Shown one piece after another: positions 51,174-60,937 of a stretch of 64,000 bases of DNA (its first letter is position 1; each line of letters begins with the position of its first letter). Under the pieces are notes generated by a model, which was not told the origin of the DNA, did no database searches, and saw only the letters and a program-made list of their open reading frames with translations. The DNA is taken from NCBI GenBank assembly GCA_002420425.1, contig DIIC01000044.1, positions 905-64,904 on the forward strand, given 5' to 3'. The DNA comes from Proteobacteria bacterium UBA5680. GTDB taxonomy: Bacteria > Pseudomonadota > Gammaproteobacteria > Arenicellales > UBA5680. A program made the translations under genes and the position numbers.

Positions 51174-51416
51174 TGTTATTCTCCGCAAGCTGATTACAGA
51201 AGAGGAGAAAAATCGCCTCATCGCACAGTAAAAATTGATTATTATGAAACAACTATATACTAATATATTAATTATGCAACCTCTTTCCACATCAGCACTT
51301 CTAAGTTGAGTTATCATCAACCACACCAATGAATGGGCAACTACACTAATAAAACCACGACAGAGATGCCCGTTTAAAAAAAAGATCTGCAGTAATAACT
51401 TAGAGCTAAGCAAAAT

Positions 51417-52760
51417 ATGTTCAAACTTACCCGAACACTACCCATCCTGATCTCTCTCTTGTTCTTTAGCGCTGGAGCCACCACTGCTCATGCCGAGACA
51501 AATCCTGCTGAGCTGCCGCTCGACGAGATTTGGCTCTTCACCGAGATTTTTGGGGAAATAAAATCAAAGTATGTTGACCAGGTTGATGATCGTGAACTCC
51601 TCCATAATGCCATTGAGGGAATGCTTTCAGGCCTCGATCCACACTCTGGCTATATGGATCAAGAGAATTTTAAAGAGAGCCGGATTGATACCGAAGGAAA
51701 GTTTGGTGGTCTTGGGATTGAGGTCTCAATGGAAGATGGTTTTGTCCTTGTTGTCTCACCTATTGACGATACACCCGCACAACGAGCAGATATCCAGGCA
51801 GGTGACCTGATCATTCGACTCGATGATCAATCGATAAAGGGGATGAACCTATATGATGCAGTAAAAAAAATGCGTGGTGCGCCAGGAACTAAAATAAAGC
51901 TCACTATTGTTAGAGGAAGTGAAAACCCCTTTGATGTCACTCTCACTCGGGCTGTAATCAAAATAACCAGCGTAAAAAGCAAGCTTCTGGAGGATCGGTT
52001 TGGTTATATTCGGATAACTCAATTCCAGACCAACACAGCAGCTTCGCTGCATCAAGCTCTGAAACGACTCGACCAAGAAGCAGACAACAAGGTTGCCGGA
52101 CTGATACTCGACCTTCGAAACAACCCAGGCGGAGTATTAAGTGGTGCCGTTGCTGTTAGCGACACCTTCCTCACCCAAGGTTTGATCGTCTCCACCCGAG
52201 GGCGGTCAAAAGAGCTCGATATGCAGTTTTCAGCCACCGCAAAAGATTACAGCAGAGGGGCGCCATTGGTTGTGCTCGTTAACGAGGGCTCCGCTTCAGC
52301 CTCAGAAATTGTCGCCGGCGCACTTCAAGATCATCGGCGAGCAGTCATTATGGGTAGGCAAACCTTCGGCAAGGGGTCGGTGCAGACCATCCTGCCAATC
52401 AACAATGGCGCCCTAAAAATCACGACTGCCCGGTATTACACCCCGAGTGGGAATTCAATACAGGCAACTGGAATCAAGCCTGATATTGTGGTTGAAAACC
52501 TGAATATCGTCACTAAAAAAGAGGCTTCATCAATTAATTATCTGCGTGAGGAGGATCTCAGGGGGCATCTTGAGAACGAGAATGGATCAGCTAAAGAGAA
52601 CACTTTAGAGAGTAGCGAAGAAGAGGTGAATCCAACAGAGACCCTGAGCAGCCAGTTTGCAGATCCTAAAATAGAAGACGACTACCTTTTAAGGGAGGCG
52701 CTGACGCTACTAAAGGGGCTGAATATTCTCGAAAAGAATACAATAAAACAGGCTGATTAA
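51417..52760 (+). CDS. Carboxy-terminal processing protease (S41, CtpA/Prc-like)
   Basis: 447 aa with a signal peptide, a PDZ region, catalytic Ser context GSASASEIVAGALQD and Lys context TFGKGSVQT. Confidence 0.9.
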   Translation: MFKLTRTLPILISLLFFSAGATTAHAETNPAELPLDEIWLFTEIFGEIKSKYVDQVDDRELLHNAIEGMLSGLDPHSGYMDQENFKESRIDTEGKFGGLGIEVSMEDGFVLVVSPIDDTPAQRADIQAGDLIIRLDDQSIKGMNLYDAVKKMRGAPGTKIKLTIVRGSENPFDVTLTRAVIKITSVKSKLLEDRFGYIRITQFQTNTAASLHQALKRLDQEADNKVAGLILDLRNNPGGVLSGAVAVSDTFLTQGLIVSTRGRSKELDMQFSATAKDYSRGAPLVVLVNEGSASASEIVAGALQDHRRAVIMGRQTFGKGSVQTILPINNGALKITTARYYTPSGNSIQATGIKPDIVVENLNIVTKKEASSINYLREEDLRGHLENENGSAKENTLESSEEEVNPTETLSSQFADPKIEDDYLLREALTLLKGLNILEKNTIKQAD

Positions 52761-52867
52761 AATGAGGGTCGCTGCCTCACCATCCGCTCTATCTCTCTTA
52801 GAAGTTCATCTCCACGGCTGATTTCGATTGGATTGCATCGAGCGCAACTGTTGCGGTCAGGGGTGAA

Positions 52868-53188
52868 TTAATCCCAGCGAGGATCCCGTGTCTGTACTAT
52901 CCCTCCCTCGACCCGAACTGGAAATGTGGCGACACCTTCATAGGCCGGAGGTGAGAGCACCTCACCGGTTGCAAGTGAAAACCGGGCGCCGTGACGAGGA
53001 CAGATAATCACATCGCCATCTACCTCACCACAAGCGAGTGCCCCACCATCATGGGTGCAGACATCTTCGATGGCAAAAAACTGACCATCAATATTAAAAA
53101 CAGCGATTAACGCCCCATCTATCTCCACCACCTGGTGGTTTCCAGGATGAAGTTCTTCCTCAGGAGCAACGTTTACCCATCTATCCAT
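52868..53188 (-). CDS. Rieske [2Fe-2S] ferredoxin-like protein, last gene of the suf operon
   Basis: 106 aa with Rieske ligand motifs CTHDG and CPRHG. It starts 8 nt after the sufT stop. Confidence 0.85.
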   Translation of the reverse strand: MDRWVNVAPEEELHPGNHQVVEIDGALIAVFNIDGQFFAIEDVCTHDGGALACGEVDGDVIICPRHGARFSLATGEVLSPPAYEGVATFPVRVEGGIVQTRDPRWD

Positions 53189-53196
53189 GAAGTAAA

Positions 53197-53601
53197 CTAG
53201 ATCAAGCCAAGCTGAACACGTGCTGCTTCAGAGAGCAGCTCCTGAGTCCAGGGTGGATCCCAGACAAGTTCAACCGTGGCCTCAGTCACCCCAGAAACAC
53301 GTTTGACCATTGACTCCACTGTCCCCGGAAAAGTCTGCGCCACCGGACAACCCGGTGTGGTCAGCGTCATCCTGATATTGGCGCCACCCTCGGAGTCAAC
53401 ATCAACCCCATAGATCAGACCCAGATCATAGATATTGACCGGTATTTCAGGATCATAGATGTGTTTTAATGCCTCTATAACCTGCTCCTCAAGGGTTACA
53501 CTCTCTAAAGGTGCATCCTGTTCAACCTTGCCGTCTTCGGTCTTATCCTGTTCTGCCAGATAATCGGCGAAAGTCTCACTGTTTTTGGAGTCATTTCCCA
53601 T
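53197..53601 (-). CDS. sufT: SufT-like Fe-S assembly protein (DUF59/MIP18 family)
   Basis: DUF59 blocks IYDPEIPVNIYDLGLIY and LTTPGCP. I placed the start at ATG 53601, after the sufS stop and with AGGA 8 nt upstream. The longest ORF would overlap sufS. Confidence 0.75.
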   Translation of the reverse strand: MGNDSKNSETFADYLAEQDKTEDGKVEQDAPLESVTLEEQVIEALKHIYDPEIPVNIYDLGLIYGVDVDSEGGANIRMTLTTPGCPVAQTFPGTVESMVKRVSGVTEATVELVWDPPWTQELLSEAARVQLGLI

Positions 53602-53653
53602 TTTATTGTCCTGAGTTGTGAACGGATTGTCTTTGTCTGCACGCTTGCTTTTA

Positions 53654-54904
53654 TTACCCAAACAGCTCCTGAGCTCTGGCCACGCCTCTGAACAGAGCAT
53701 CAATATCTTCCAATGTGTTGTATACGCCAAAGGAGGCACGAACTGTTGCTGGAACAGAGAAATGTTGCATCACCGGCATGGCGCAATGGTGTCCTGCCCT
53801 AATGGCTACTCCCTGACGATCAAAAATAGTGCCCAAATCATGTGGGTGAATACCTTCCAGCTCAAAAGAGAGAATTCCCGCCTTATTCTCAGCAGTGCCA
53901 ATAATACGCATGCCTGGAGTCTCTTTCGCTTTTGAGGTTGCATATTCCAAAAGGGCCGCTTCATGTGTTGACACATTTCCCAGTCCGAGTCCATCCAGCC
54001 AATCGATAGCCACACCAAGGCCAACAGCACCAGCAATATTGGGTGTTCCTGCTTCAAACCGATAGGGGGGAGAAGCAAAGTCACTCTTCTCAAAAGTAAC
54101 TCGACGAATCATTTCACCGCCTCCCTGATAGGGTGGCATTTTGGCAAGTAGCTCTTCACGTCCCCAAAGAACACCAATTCCAGTTGGACCGTAGACTTTA
54201 TGCCCTGAGAAAGCATAAAAATCACAACCGATCTCATCGATGTCTATTTTTGAGTGAGGCGCTGCCTGGGCACCATCAATCAGCACTTTTGCCCCAACGT
54301 GGTGAGCGAGGCTGACGATCTCCTTGACCGGGTTCACCGTCCCCAAGGCATTTGAGATATGGGTTACCGCGACCATGCGGGTTTTTGCTGAGAGCAGGTC
54401 TCGGAATGAATCCATCAACAATTCACCCCTGTCGTTCATTGGGATCACCTTAAGGACCGCATTTTTCTGCTGACAGATAAACTGCCAGGGGACTATATTG
54501 GCATGATGTTCCATCTCGGTAATCATGACCTCATCACCACTTTTGAGGTTCTGTTGTCCCCATGACTGGGCCACCAGATTGATGCCTTCGGTCGCCCCTC
54601 GCACAAAGATAATTTCTCTTGGACTCTCTGCATTGATAAAGGATGCAATTCGTTCTCTTGCCCCTTCGAATGCATCTGTTGCCCGCTCAGCTAGCTTATG
54701 CACACCGCGATGAACATTGGCATGATCATTTCGGTAGTAGTTTGAAATCGCATCAATGACAACATCAGGCTTCTGTGCACTTGCACCACTATCAAGATAG
54801 ACCAGTGGGTGATCGTAGACCTGCTGATTCAAAGAGGGGAACTGTGCTCTTACCTGAGCAACATCAAACTCTGGCTCCACTTTTATTGATTGTTGTTCAG
54901 CCAC
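53654..54904 (-). CDS. sufS: Cysteine desulfurase SufS (group II)
   Basis: 416 aa with PLP-Lys context FSGHKVYGPTGIGVLWG and catalytic-Cys loop RAGHHCA. Confidence 0.93.
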   Translation of the reverse strand: MAEQQSIKVEPEFDVAQVRAQFPSLNQQVYDHPLVYLDSGASAQKPDVVIDAISNYYRNDHANVHRGVHKLAERATDAFEGARERIASFINAESPREIIFVRGATEGINLVAQSWGQQNLKSGDEVMITEMEHHANIVPWQFICQQKNAVLKVIPMNDRGELLMDSFRDLLSAKTRMVAVTHISNALGTVNPVKEIVSLAHHVGAKVLIDGAQAAPHSKIDIDEIGCDFYAFSGHKVYGPTGIGVLWGREELLAKMPPYQGGGEMIRRVTFEKSDFASPPYRFEAGTPNIAGAVGLGVAIDWLDGLGLGNVSTHEAALLEYATSKAKETPGMRIIGTAENKAGILSFELEGIHPHDLGTIFDRQGVAIRAGHHCAMPVMQHFSVPATVRASFGVYNTLEDIDALFRGVARAQELFG

Positions 54905-56222
54905 GCTTGTCTCCCAATAACTTTAAAGAGATGACCTGCTCCAGCCATTCATGAAGAGAGGGATGGGGGATATCTTCCAATACCTCATTTGCAAAGGCCC
55001 AGGTAAGCATACGACGGGCTTCAATTTCATCAAGGCCTCGTGCGCGCAGAAAGAAAATATGGTCTTCATCCAGTTGGCCGACCGTGGCGCCGTGGGAACA
55101 TGAGACATCATCAGCGTATATTTCAAGCTGAGGCTTGGTGTCTATCTCTGCATTTCGAGAGAGAAGCAAGTTCTTGTTTTGCTGGTGGGCATCCGTCTGC
55201 TGGGCATCTGGTGCAACAACCACTCTACCGTGAAAAACCGCACGGGCACTATCGTCAAGGATTCCTTTGTAATGTTCATTGCTTTTACAGCCGGGTGCGG
55301 CATGAACTATCTCTGTGTGGTGATCAATATGTTGGCGCTCCTTCCCAAGGTAGAGGCCATTCAAATGACACACTGCACCTTGAGCCTTGAGGGAACTCCT
55401 GATGTCGGTTCGTGCCAGTCTTCCGCCAAGGGCTATTGAGTATGAGGTAAAGCGACTTTTCTCTTCCTGGTTAACAAAAAGGCCGCCAAAGTGATAACAC
55501 TCCCCACCCTCTTGTTGTATTTTATAGTGTTCAACTTCTGCATCTGCAGCCAGACTGATTTCGGTAATTGCATTGGTAACCCCTTTTGAGTGCTCTCCTG
55601 TTGCAACATGGTGGTCGATTACCGTTGCCCGAGACCCCTCACCGGCAATAATCAGATTTCTTGGCTGGTTCAGTTGAAGTGCTTGAGTTGAACCTGTTGA
55701 TGCAAAAACCAGTTCAATAGGTCGATCAAGAGTGCATCCGGGTTGGAGCACCAGGAGAGCTCCATCTGAAAACCGGGATTGATTGAGTGCAATAAGTCCA
55801 TGGTACTGTTCAGCCTCAGGGTGACAACTTCCAAGGTATGTTTGAAGGGTTTCTGGGTTGGCCTGCAGTTCAGCGGCCAGACTGTTTAGTGTCACCCCCT
55901 CTGGAAGTGGGTCTGTGCCACTGAGCTCTGGAGTAAAAAAGCCATCAATAAAAACCAACCGGTGGCTGTCAAGGCCTGGAATCAGCCTGCTGGAAAATGT
56001 CTCCTGGTTTTCAACCGATCCTGCTCCTGTTGCGGCAACCATAGACTTGTTTTTGATTGCTCTTAAATCAGTATATCGCCATCCCTCTTCACGGATCGTT
56101 GGTAATCCTGCAATTTCATAGCGGAGTGCTCCGGCGCTACGGAATGAAGCAAGCCAGTCAGGCCCTGGCGCCCGTTGTTTGTCTGATATATGAGATTTCA
56201 TCACTCTAAAGCCTTCTTTCAA
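54897..56222 (-). CDS. sufD: Fe-S cluster assembly protein SufD
   Basis: 441 aa. The C-terminal beta-helix region is similar to SufB/SufD. It lies between sufC and sufS with overlapping stop and start codons. Confidence 0.9.
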   Translation of the reverse strand: MKEGFRVMKSHISDKQRAPGPDWLASFRSAGALRYEIAGLPTIREEGWRYTDLRAIKNKSMVAATGAGSVENQETFSSRLIPGLDSHRLVFIDGFFTPELSGTDPLPEGVTLNSLAAELQANPETLQTYLGSCHPEAEQYHGLIALNQSRFSDGALLVLQPGCTLDRPIELVFASTGSTQALQLNQPRNLIIAGEGSRATVIDHHVATGEHSKGVTNAITEISLAADAEVEHYKIQQEGGECYHFGGLFVNQEEKSRFTSYSIALGGRLARTDIRSSLKAQGAVCHLNGLYLGKERQHIDHHTEIVHAAPGCKSNEHYKGILDDSARAVFHGRVVVAPDAQQTDAHQQNKNLLLSRNAEIDTKPQLEIYADDVSCSHGATVGQLDEDHIFFLRARGLDEIEARRMLTWAFANEVLEDIPHPSLHEWLEQVISLKLLGDKRG

Positions 56223-56974
56223 TTGGCCTCTATCTGTCCTTCAATCCATCCATAGCCCTTCTCTTCAAGTTCAAGAGCAAGTGACTTCTCACCTGAACGA
56301 ACAATCCGGCCATTTGCCAGGACATGCACATGATCCGGGATAATATAGTCGAGCAGGCGCTGATAATGGGTCACTACAATCATTGCTCGATCTGGGCTTC
56401 GGAGTGCATTTACCCCTTCGGCAACAACCTTCAATGCATCAATATCTAATCCGGAATCTGTTTCATCCAGAACAGCCAGTGAAGGCTCCAGGATCGTCAT
56501 CTGCAACACTTCATTACGTTTCTTCTCACCTCCAGAGAACCCATGATTAACTGATCGATAGAGAAACTCATCACGCATCTTAACCAGTTTTACCTTGTTC
56601 TTTATGAGTTGTAGAAAATCCATCGCATCAAGCTCAGGCTCTCCAAGGTACTTTCGTTTTGCATTGAGCGCGGCTTTTAGAAAGGCAATGTTACTGACTC
56701 CGGGGATCTCTACTGGATATTGAAAGGCCAGAAAGAGTCCTTCACAGGCACGAACTTCCGGCTCTAAATCAAGGAGGTTTTTGCCCTTAAAGGTGATCTC
56801 TCCGCCTGTCACCTGATATTGGTCGCGACCAGCGAGAACATTTGCCAGGGTGCTCTTTCCGGAGCCATTTGGGCCCATTACGGCGTGCACTTCACCTGAC
56901 TTAACTTCAAGGTTGATGCCCTTGAGAATCTGTGTCCCTTCAACACTGGCCTCCAGGTTTTTAATCGTCAGCAT
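56219..56974 (-). CDS. sufC: Fe-S cluster assembly ATPase SufC
   Basis: 251 aa with Walker A MGPNGSGKSTL, an ABC signature FSGGEKKR and Walker B AVLDETDSGLD. Confidence 0.95.
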   Translation of the reverse strand: MLTIKNLEASVEGTQILKGINLEVKSGEVHAVMGPNGSGKSTLANVLAGRDQYQVTGGEITFKGKNLLDLEPEVRACEGLFLAFQYPVEIPGVSNIAFLKAALNAKRKYLGEPELDAMDFLQLIKNKVKLVKMRDEFLYRSVNHGFSGGEKKRNEVLQMTILEPSLAVLDETDSGLDIDALKVVAEGVNALRSPDRAMIVVTHYQRLLDYIIPDHVHVLANGRIVRSGEKSLALELEEKGYGWIEGQIEAN

Positions 56975-57034
56975 ATATCGTCTCTCATGTTAAATTAAGT
57001 TGAATCAGTCTCTTGATGATTTTTGATCGATGTT

Positions 57035-58507
57035 TTAGCCGACAGCGCCCTCAAGGCTTATCCCCAGCAGTTTCTGGGCTTCCACTGCAAACTCCATGGG
57101 CAACTCCTTGAAGACCTCTTTACAGAATCCATTGACGATCATCGAAACGGCATCTTCCTCTGTGAGACCTCGTTGACGGCAATAAAAAAGCTGATCTTCA
57201 CCAATCCGTGATGTGGTCGCCTCGTGTTCTACTTTTGCCGATGGGTTTTTAACCTCGAGATAGGGAAATGTATGAGCCCCACAACGATCGCCCAAGAGCA
57301 GTGAATCACACTGGGAATAGTTCCGTGCATTTTCAGCACTTCCAATAACCTTGACCAATCCCCGGTAGGTATTTTGCGCACGACCGGCAGAGATCCCTTT
57401 TGAGATGATCGTGCTTGAGGTGTTGCTTCCCAGATGAATCATCTTGGTGCCGGTATCGGCCTGTTGCAAATTATTGGTTAGGGCAACAGAGTAGAACTCA
57501 CCGATCGAATTGTCACCTTCAAGCAGGACGCTTGGATATTTCCATGTGATTGCTGATCCGGTCTCAACCTGGGTCCATGAGATCTTTGACTTCTCACCCC
57601 GACAGGCCCCGCGCTTGGTGACAAAATTATAGATACCACCACGACCTTCTTGATCACCGGGATACCAGTTCTGCACTGTTGAGTATTTGATCTCTGCGCC
57701 TTTCATCGCCACCAGCTCAACAACCGCTGCATGAAGCTGATTCTCATCACGCATGGGTGCGGTACAGCCCTCAAGATAGCTGACATAACTATCTTCATCA
57801 GCAACAATCAGTGTTCTCTCAAACTGTCCTGTATTTGATGCATTGATTCGAAAATAGGTGCTCAACTCCATTGGACACCGCACCCCTTTGGGGATGTAGA
57901 CGAAAGAGCCATCAGAAAAAACGGCGGAATTGAGCGCAGAGAAGAAATTGTCCTGTACAGGAACTACCGTTCCCAGATATTTTTTAACCAGATCTGGGTG
58001 ATCTTTCAGTGCTTCTGAAAGAGGACAGAATATAACCCCGGCTTCGTATAGTTTCTCCTTAAAAGTGGTTGCCACAGAAACACTGTCAAAAACCGCATCA
58101 ACCGCCACCCCGGCAAGTGCTTTCTGCTCCTCAAGTGGAATCCCGAGCTTGTTATAGGTATCAAGAATTTCTGGGTCAACCTCATCGAGGCTTTGGGGCC
58201 CATCCTCTTTTGATTTTGGGGCTGAGTAGTAACTGATCTCCTGATAATCGATAGGGGTGTAGTTGACCTTTGCCCAGCCAGGCTCTTCAAGCTCTTGCCA
58301 CTGTCTAAAAGCCTCAAGGCGCCAATCGAGCATAAATTCGGGTTCTTGTTTCTTTGCTGAGAGCGCATGGATTACCGCTTCATCGAGACCGGGTGGGAAG
58401 GAGTCAGACTCAATGTCTGTAACAAAGCCTTCCTTATAGTCACGCTGAATTAATCTGTCGATATGAGTAGCGGAATCACTCATGCTTTCGAAGTTCTCCA
58501 ATAACAT
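57035..58507 (-). CDS. sufB: Fe-S cluster assembly scaffold SufB
   Basis: Near full-length identity blocks to E. coli SufB (e.g. [39 protein letters not shown]). Neither candidate start has a good Shine-Dalgarno sequence. The alternative is ATG 58483 (MSDSATH...). Confidence 0.95.
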   Translation of the reverse strand: MLLENFESMSDSATHIDRLIQRDYKEGFVTDIESDSFPPGLDEAVIHALSAKKQEPEFMLDWRLEAFRQWQELEEPGWAKVNYTPIDYQEISYYSAPKSKEDGPQSLDEVDPEILDTYNKLGIPLEEQKALAGVAVDAVFDSVSVATTFKEKLYEAGVIFCPLSEALKDHPDLVKKYLGTVVPVQDNFFSALNSAVFSDGSFVYIPKGVRCPMELSTYFRINASNTGQFERTLIVADEDSYVSYLEGCTAPMRDENQLHAAVVELVAMKGAEIKYSTVQNWYPGDQEGRGGIYNFVTKRGACRGEKSKISWTQVETGSAITWKYPSVLLEGDNSIGEFYSVALTNNLQQADTGTKMIHLGSNTSSTIISKGISAGRAQNTYRGLVKVIGSAENARNYSQCDSLLLGDRCGAHTFPYLEVKNPSAKVEHEATTSRIGEDQLFYCRQRGLTEEDAVSMIVNGFCKEVFKELPMEFAVEAQKLLGISLEGAVG

Positions 58508-58513
58508 CTGGGA

Positions 58514-58538
58514 CCCGGGGGAGAGGTTCTCCCTCGGG
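58514..58538 (-). promoter_or_regulatory. GC-rich intercistronic hairpin between iscR and sufB
   Basis: The minus-strand RNA reads CCCGAGGGAGA-ACC-UCUCCCCCGGG, a 10-bp stem with one A/C mismatch and a 3-nt loop. It ends 6 nt before ATG 58507 and has no U-tract. Confidence 0.5.
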
Positions 58539-58589
58539 GGTGGGGAAGATTATTCGATCCGATCAATCAGAACAATAACAATATGTCAG

Positions 58590-59093
58590 TTATCGGTTGA
58601 ATTCCTTAGCGGCAGCTATTGGCAGAATATGCAAATTGGCTGGATGTAAGACAGAAGAGCGATCATCCTGGCGAGCCACCGTCTCCTGAACAGCAGACCA
58701 CTTGGCCACCTCAAGAAGGTTAATCCCGTTTAGGAAAGTTTGTATATGGTCACTGAGTTGGCACCAGAGCTCATGGGTCAGGCAGCGTTCACCATCCTGA
58801 CAACCTTCACCCCCGCCACATCGCCTGGCATCGAACTTTTCGTCAACGGCAAAGATAATATCCGCAATTGAGATCTCCTGGGCTGATCTGCCGAGCCGAT
58901 AGCCACCACCTGGTCCACGCATTCCTTTCACCAATCCTGACTTCCTCAGCTTGGCGAAAAGCTGCTCCAGATATGAAAGAGAGATCTCCTGATTATCGGC
59001 AATGTCCATCAGGGTGACTGGCCCTTTTTTCTCATGTAGAACCAGATCCAGCATTGCTGTTACCGCATAGCGGCCTTTTGTTGTCAGACGCAT
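58590..59093 (-). CDS. iscR: Rrf2-family Fe-S regulator of the IscR type
   Basis: [17 protein letters not shown] helix-turn-helix region. The cluster ligands have IscR spacing, C-x5-C-x5-C-x2-H ([18 protein letters not shown]). I placed the start at ATG 59093, with GGAGAGGA upstream. Confidence 0.85.
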   Translation of the reverse strand: MRLTTKGRYAVTAMLDLVLHEKKGPVTLMDIADNQEISLSYLEQLFAKLRKSGLVKGMRGPGGGYRLGRSAQEISIADIIFAVDEKFDARRCGGGEGCQDGERCLTHELWCQLSDHIQTFLNGINLLEVAKWSAVQETVARQDDRSSVLHPANLHILPIAAAKEFNR

Positions 59094-59148
59094 ATTTTTT
59101 TCCTCTCCGGATTTCCGGACAATAACCATGTATTTATGTCAAGATTAG

Positions 59149-59177
59149 AGAGTATAAAAACCTAGCACAACAGTCAA
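59149..59177 (-). promoter_or_regulatory. Putative sigma70 promoter of the iscR-suf operon
   Basis: On the minus strand there is a -35 TTGACT (59172-59177). It is followed by TATACT after 15 nt, or TACTCT after 17 nt, about 45 nt upstream of the iscR ATG. Confidence 0.3.
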
Positions 59178-59241
59178 GATAAAAAACACCCCTATTTTCT
59201 CACTAAAATTATTTTTCCCCCGCCCTATTTAACAACGCCTC

Positions 59242-60936
59242 CTACCCTTCCTGGTCCTCACCACCTCTTGGCCAAACCCTGAAAAGGAGGACAAACCCAA
59301 GAAGGGCAAGCCCAAGTGGCCAGTATTCAACTATTACCCTGAACAGACCAGGCTCACCCGTGCCCCTGTGACCATTGAAGAGGGGAAGTGGCATCATCAA
59401 ACCTCCAGTAGCAATAAATACACTGCCCACCAGGGCATAAAAAAGACGTCGGTGGCCCTGTTGTACTGCTTTTTTTAGGGTTTGAACCTCCCTATCCCTG
59501 GTCTTAAGTTCAAGTTCATTGTCCCTTAATCTGCTCAACAGTTCGTGGGCCATTCCCGGCAACTCCGGGGCCATGGCCATGTACTTCGGCAGGTCGCGAT
59601 GCAGCCCTTTAAGCAGCGCCTTTGGCCCCACCTGTTCACTCATCCAGTCCTCTAAGAAAGGCTTAGCTGTCTCCCACAGGTCCAGCTGGGGGTAGAGTTG
59701 TAGACCCAGACCTTCGATGGCAAGAAGTGTTTTCTGCAACAGTATCAACTGTGGCTGAACCGGCATCTGAAAGCGCCGTGCAACTTGAAACAGCCTTACA
59801 AGAAGACGACCGAAAGAGATCTCGCTGATAGGCTTGGCAAAGATGGGCTCACAGACAGTACGAATAGCAGCTTCAAACTCCTCAACACGGATCTGTGATG
59901 AGATCCACCCTGCCCTGAGATGAGCCTCAGCCACACCCCGGTAGTCCCGATTAAAGAAAGCCAGCATATTATCAGCCAGATAACGCTTATCAGCATCACT
60001 CAATGTCCCCATGATGCCGAAATCAACGGCCCGATACTGACCCTCTTCGCTGACAAAAATGTTTCCCGGATGCATATCCGCGTGAAAGAACCCGTCTCTA
60101 AAAGCCTGGGTATAAAATATCTCAACCCCATCATGTGCCAACTTTTTCATATCGACACCCGCTTCCCTGATCGCTTCAATGTCACGGATGGGTATGCCAT
60201 GGATGCGTTCCATAACCATGACTTGGCGACGAGTATGATCCCAATAGATTCTTGGAATATAGATTAGCTCTGAATTTTTAAAATTCTCCCCGAGTTGGCT
60301 CGCATTGGCGGCCTCACGCTGCAGATCAAGCTCATCGTGGATGGTCTTATCAAATTCGCCTACGGTCTCGGTCACTCTCAGCCTGCGGCCATCCGGCCAA
60401 TACCGCTCTGCCAATCGGGCCAGGGTATAGAGAAGCTCAACATCTCTATTGATTTTCACCTCAATTCCGGGACGAAGCACCTTGACCACAACCTTAGTAT
60501 CATCATACAAAGTGGCATAGTGAACCTGTGCAACTGAAGCGGAAGCAAAAGGCTCCAAATCAAAGCTTTGAAAATGAGCATCAATGGAGGTTTCATAAGC
60601 CCGTGCGATGATGGCTTCTGCCTCTTCTCCAGGGAAGGATGGCACCTTGTCCTGAAGTCGGGTCAATTCAAATGCAATATCATCAGGCAGTAGATCAGGA
60701 CGGGTTGAGAGCGCCTGACCGAATTTGATGAATACAGGCCCCAACTCCTCAAGCGCTTCTCGAAGTCGTATTGCTCTTGGTTTGTTGTTATCTCTTCTCC
60801 ACCGTTCAGGGTGCAGATAGAGAAGCCAGCGATAGGGTCGAAAAAGATGGAGTGTTATAACGAACTCATCCAAACCATGGCGCACAAAAATAGTGGTGAT
60901 ATGAAGCAGCCGGTGGAGTTGTGAAAGATGAATCAC
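59242..60936 (-). CDS. ubiB: Ubiquinone biosynthesis protein UbiB (ABC1/ADCK atypical kinase)
   Basis: 564 aa with ASASVAQVHYA, HADMHPGNIFV and C-terminal transmembrane helices, downstream of ubiE-ubiJ. Confidence 0.93.
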   Translation of the reverse strand: MIHLSQLHRLLHITTIFVRHGLDEFVITLHLFRPYRWLLYLHPERWRRDNNKPRAIRLREALEELGPVFIKFGQALSTRPDLLPDDIAFELTRLQDKVPSFPGEEAEAIIARAYETSIDAHFQSFDLEPFASASVAQVHYATLYDDTKVVVKVLRPGIEVKINRDVELLYTLARLAERYWPDGRRLRVTETVGEFDKTIHDELDLQREAANASQLGENFKNSELIYIPRIYWDHTRRQVMVMERIHGIPIRDIEAIREAGVDMKKLAHDGVEIFYTQAFRDGFFHADMHPGNIFVSEEGQYRAVDFGIMGTLSDADKRYLADNMLAFFNRDYRGVAEAHLRAGWISSQIRVEEFEAAIRTVCEPIFAKPISEISFGRLLVRLFQVARRFQMPVQPQLILLQKTLLAIEGLGLQLYPQLDLWETAKPFLEDWMSEQVGPKALLKGLHRDLPKYMAMAPELPGMAHELLSRLRDNELELKTRDREVQTLKKAVQQGHRRLFYALVGSVFIATGGLMMPLPLFNGHRGTGEPGLFRVIVEYWPLGLALLGFVLLFRVWPRGGEDQEG

Positions 60937-60937
60937 C

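Noticed and set aside
51251-51281. An AT-rich segment whose reverse complement (GGTTGCATAATTAATATATTAGTATATAG) superficially resembles a dif / XerCD site.
   Set aside because: Only the XerC-like arm is approximately similar, and only with a gap. The XerD arm (TTATGTTAAAT in the E. coli consensus as I recall it) is not present. It is more plausibly an operator or promoter for the divergent arsR-like and ctpA genes.
51174-51413. An 80-codon N-terminal extension of the ArsR-like ORF in the longest-ORF call.
   Set aside because: The extension is AT-rich, hydrophobic and low-complexity, and it has no counterpart in ArsR proteins. A good Shine-Dalgarno sequence plus ATG at 51173 gives a normal-length protein of about 122 aa. 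I applied the same reasoning to the extended ORFs of gor, deaD, thrH, sufT, iscR, yibN and the 2-hydroxyacid dehydrogenase.
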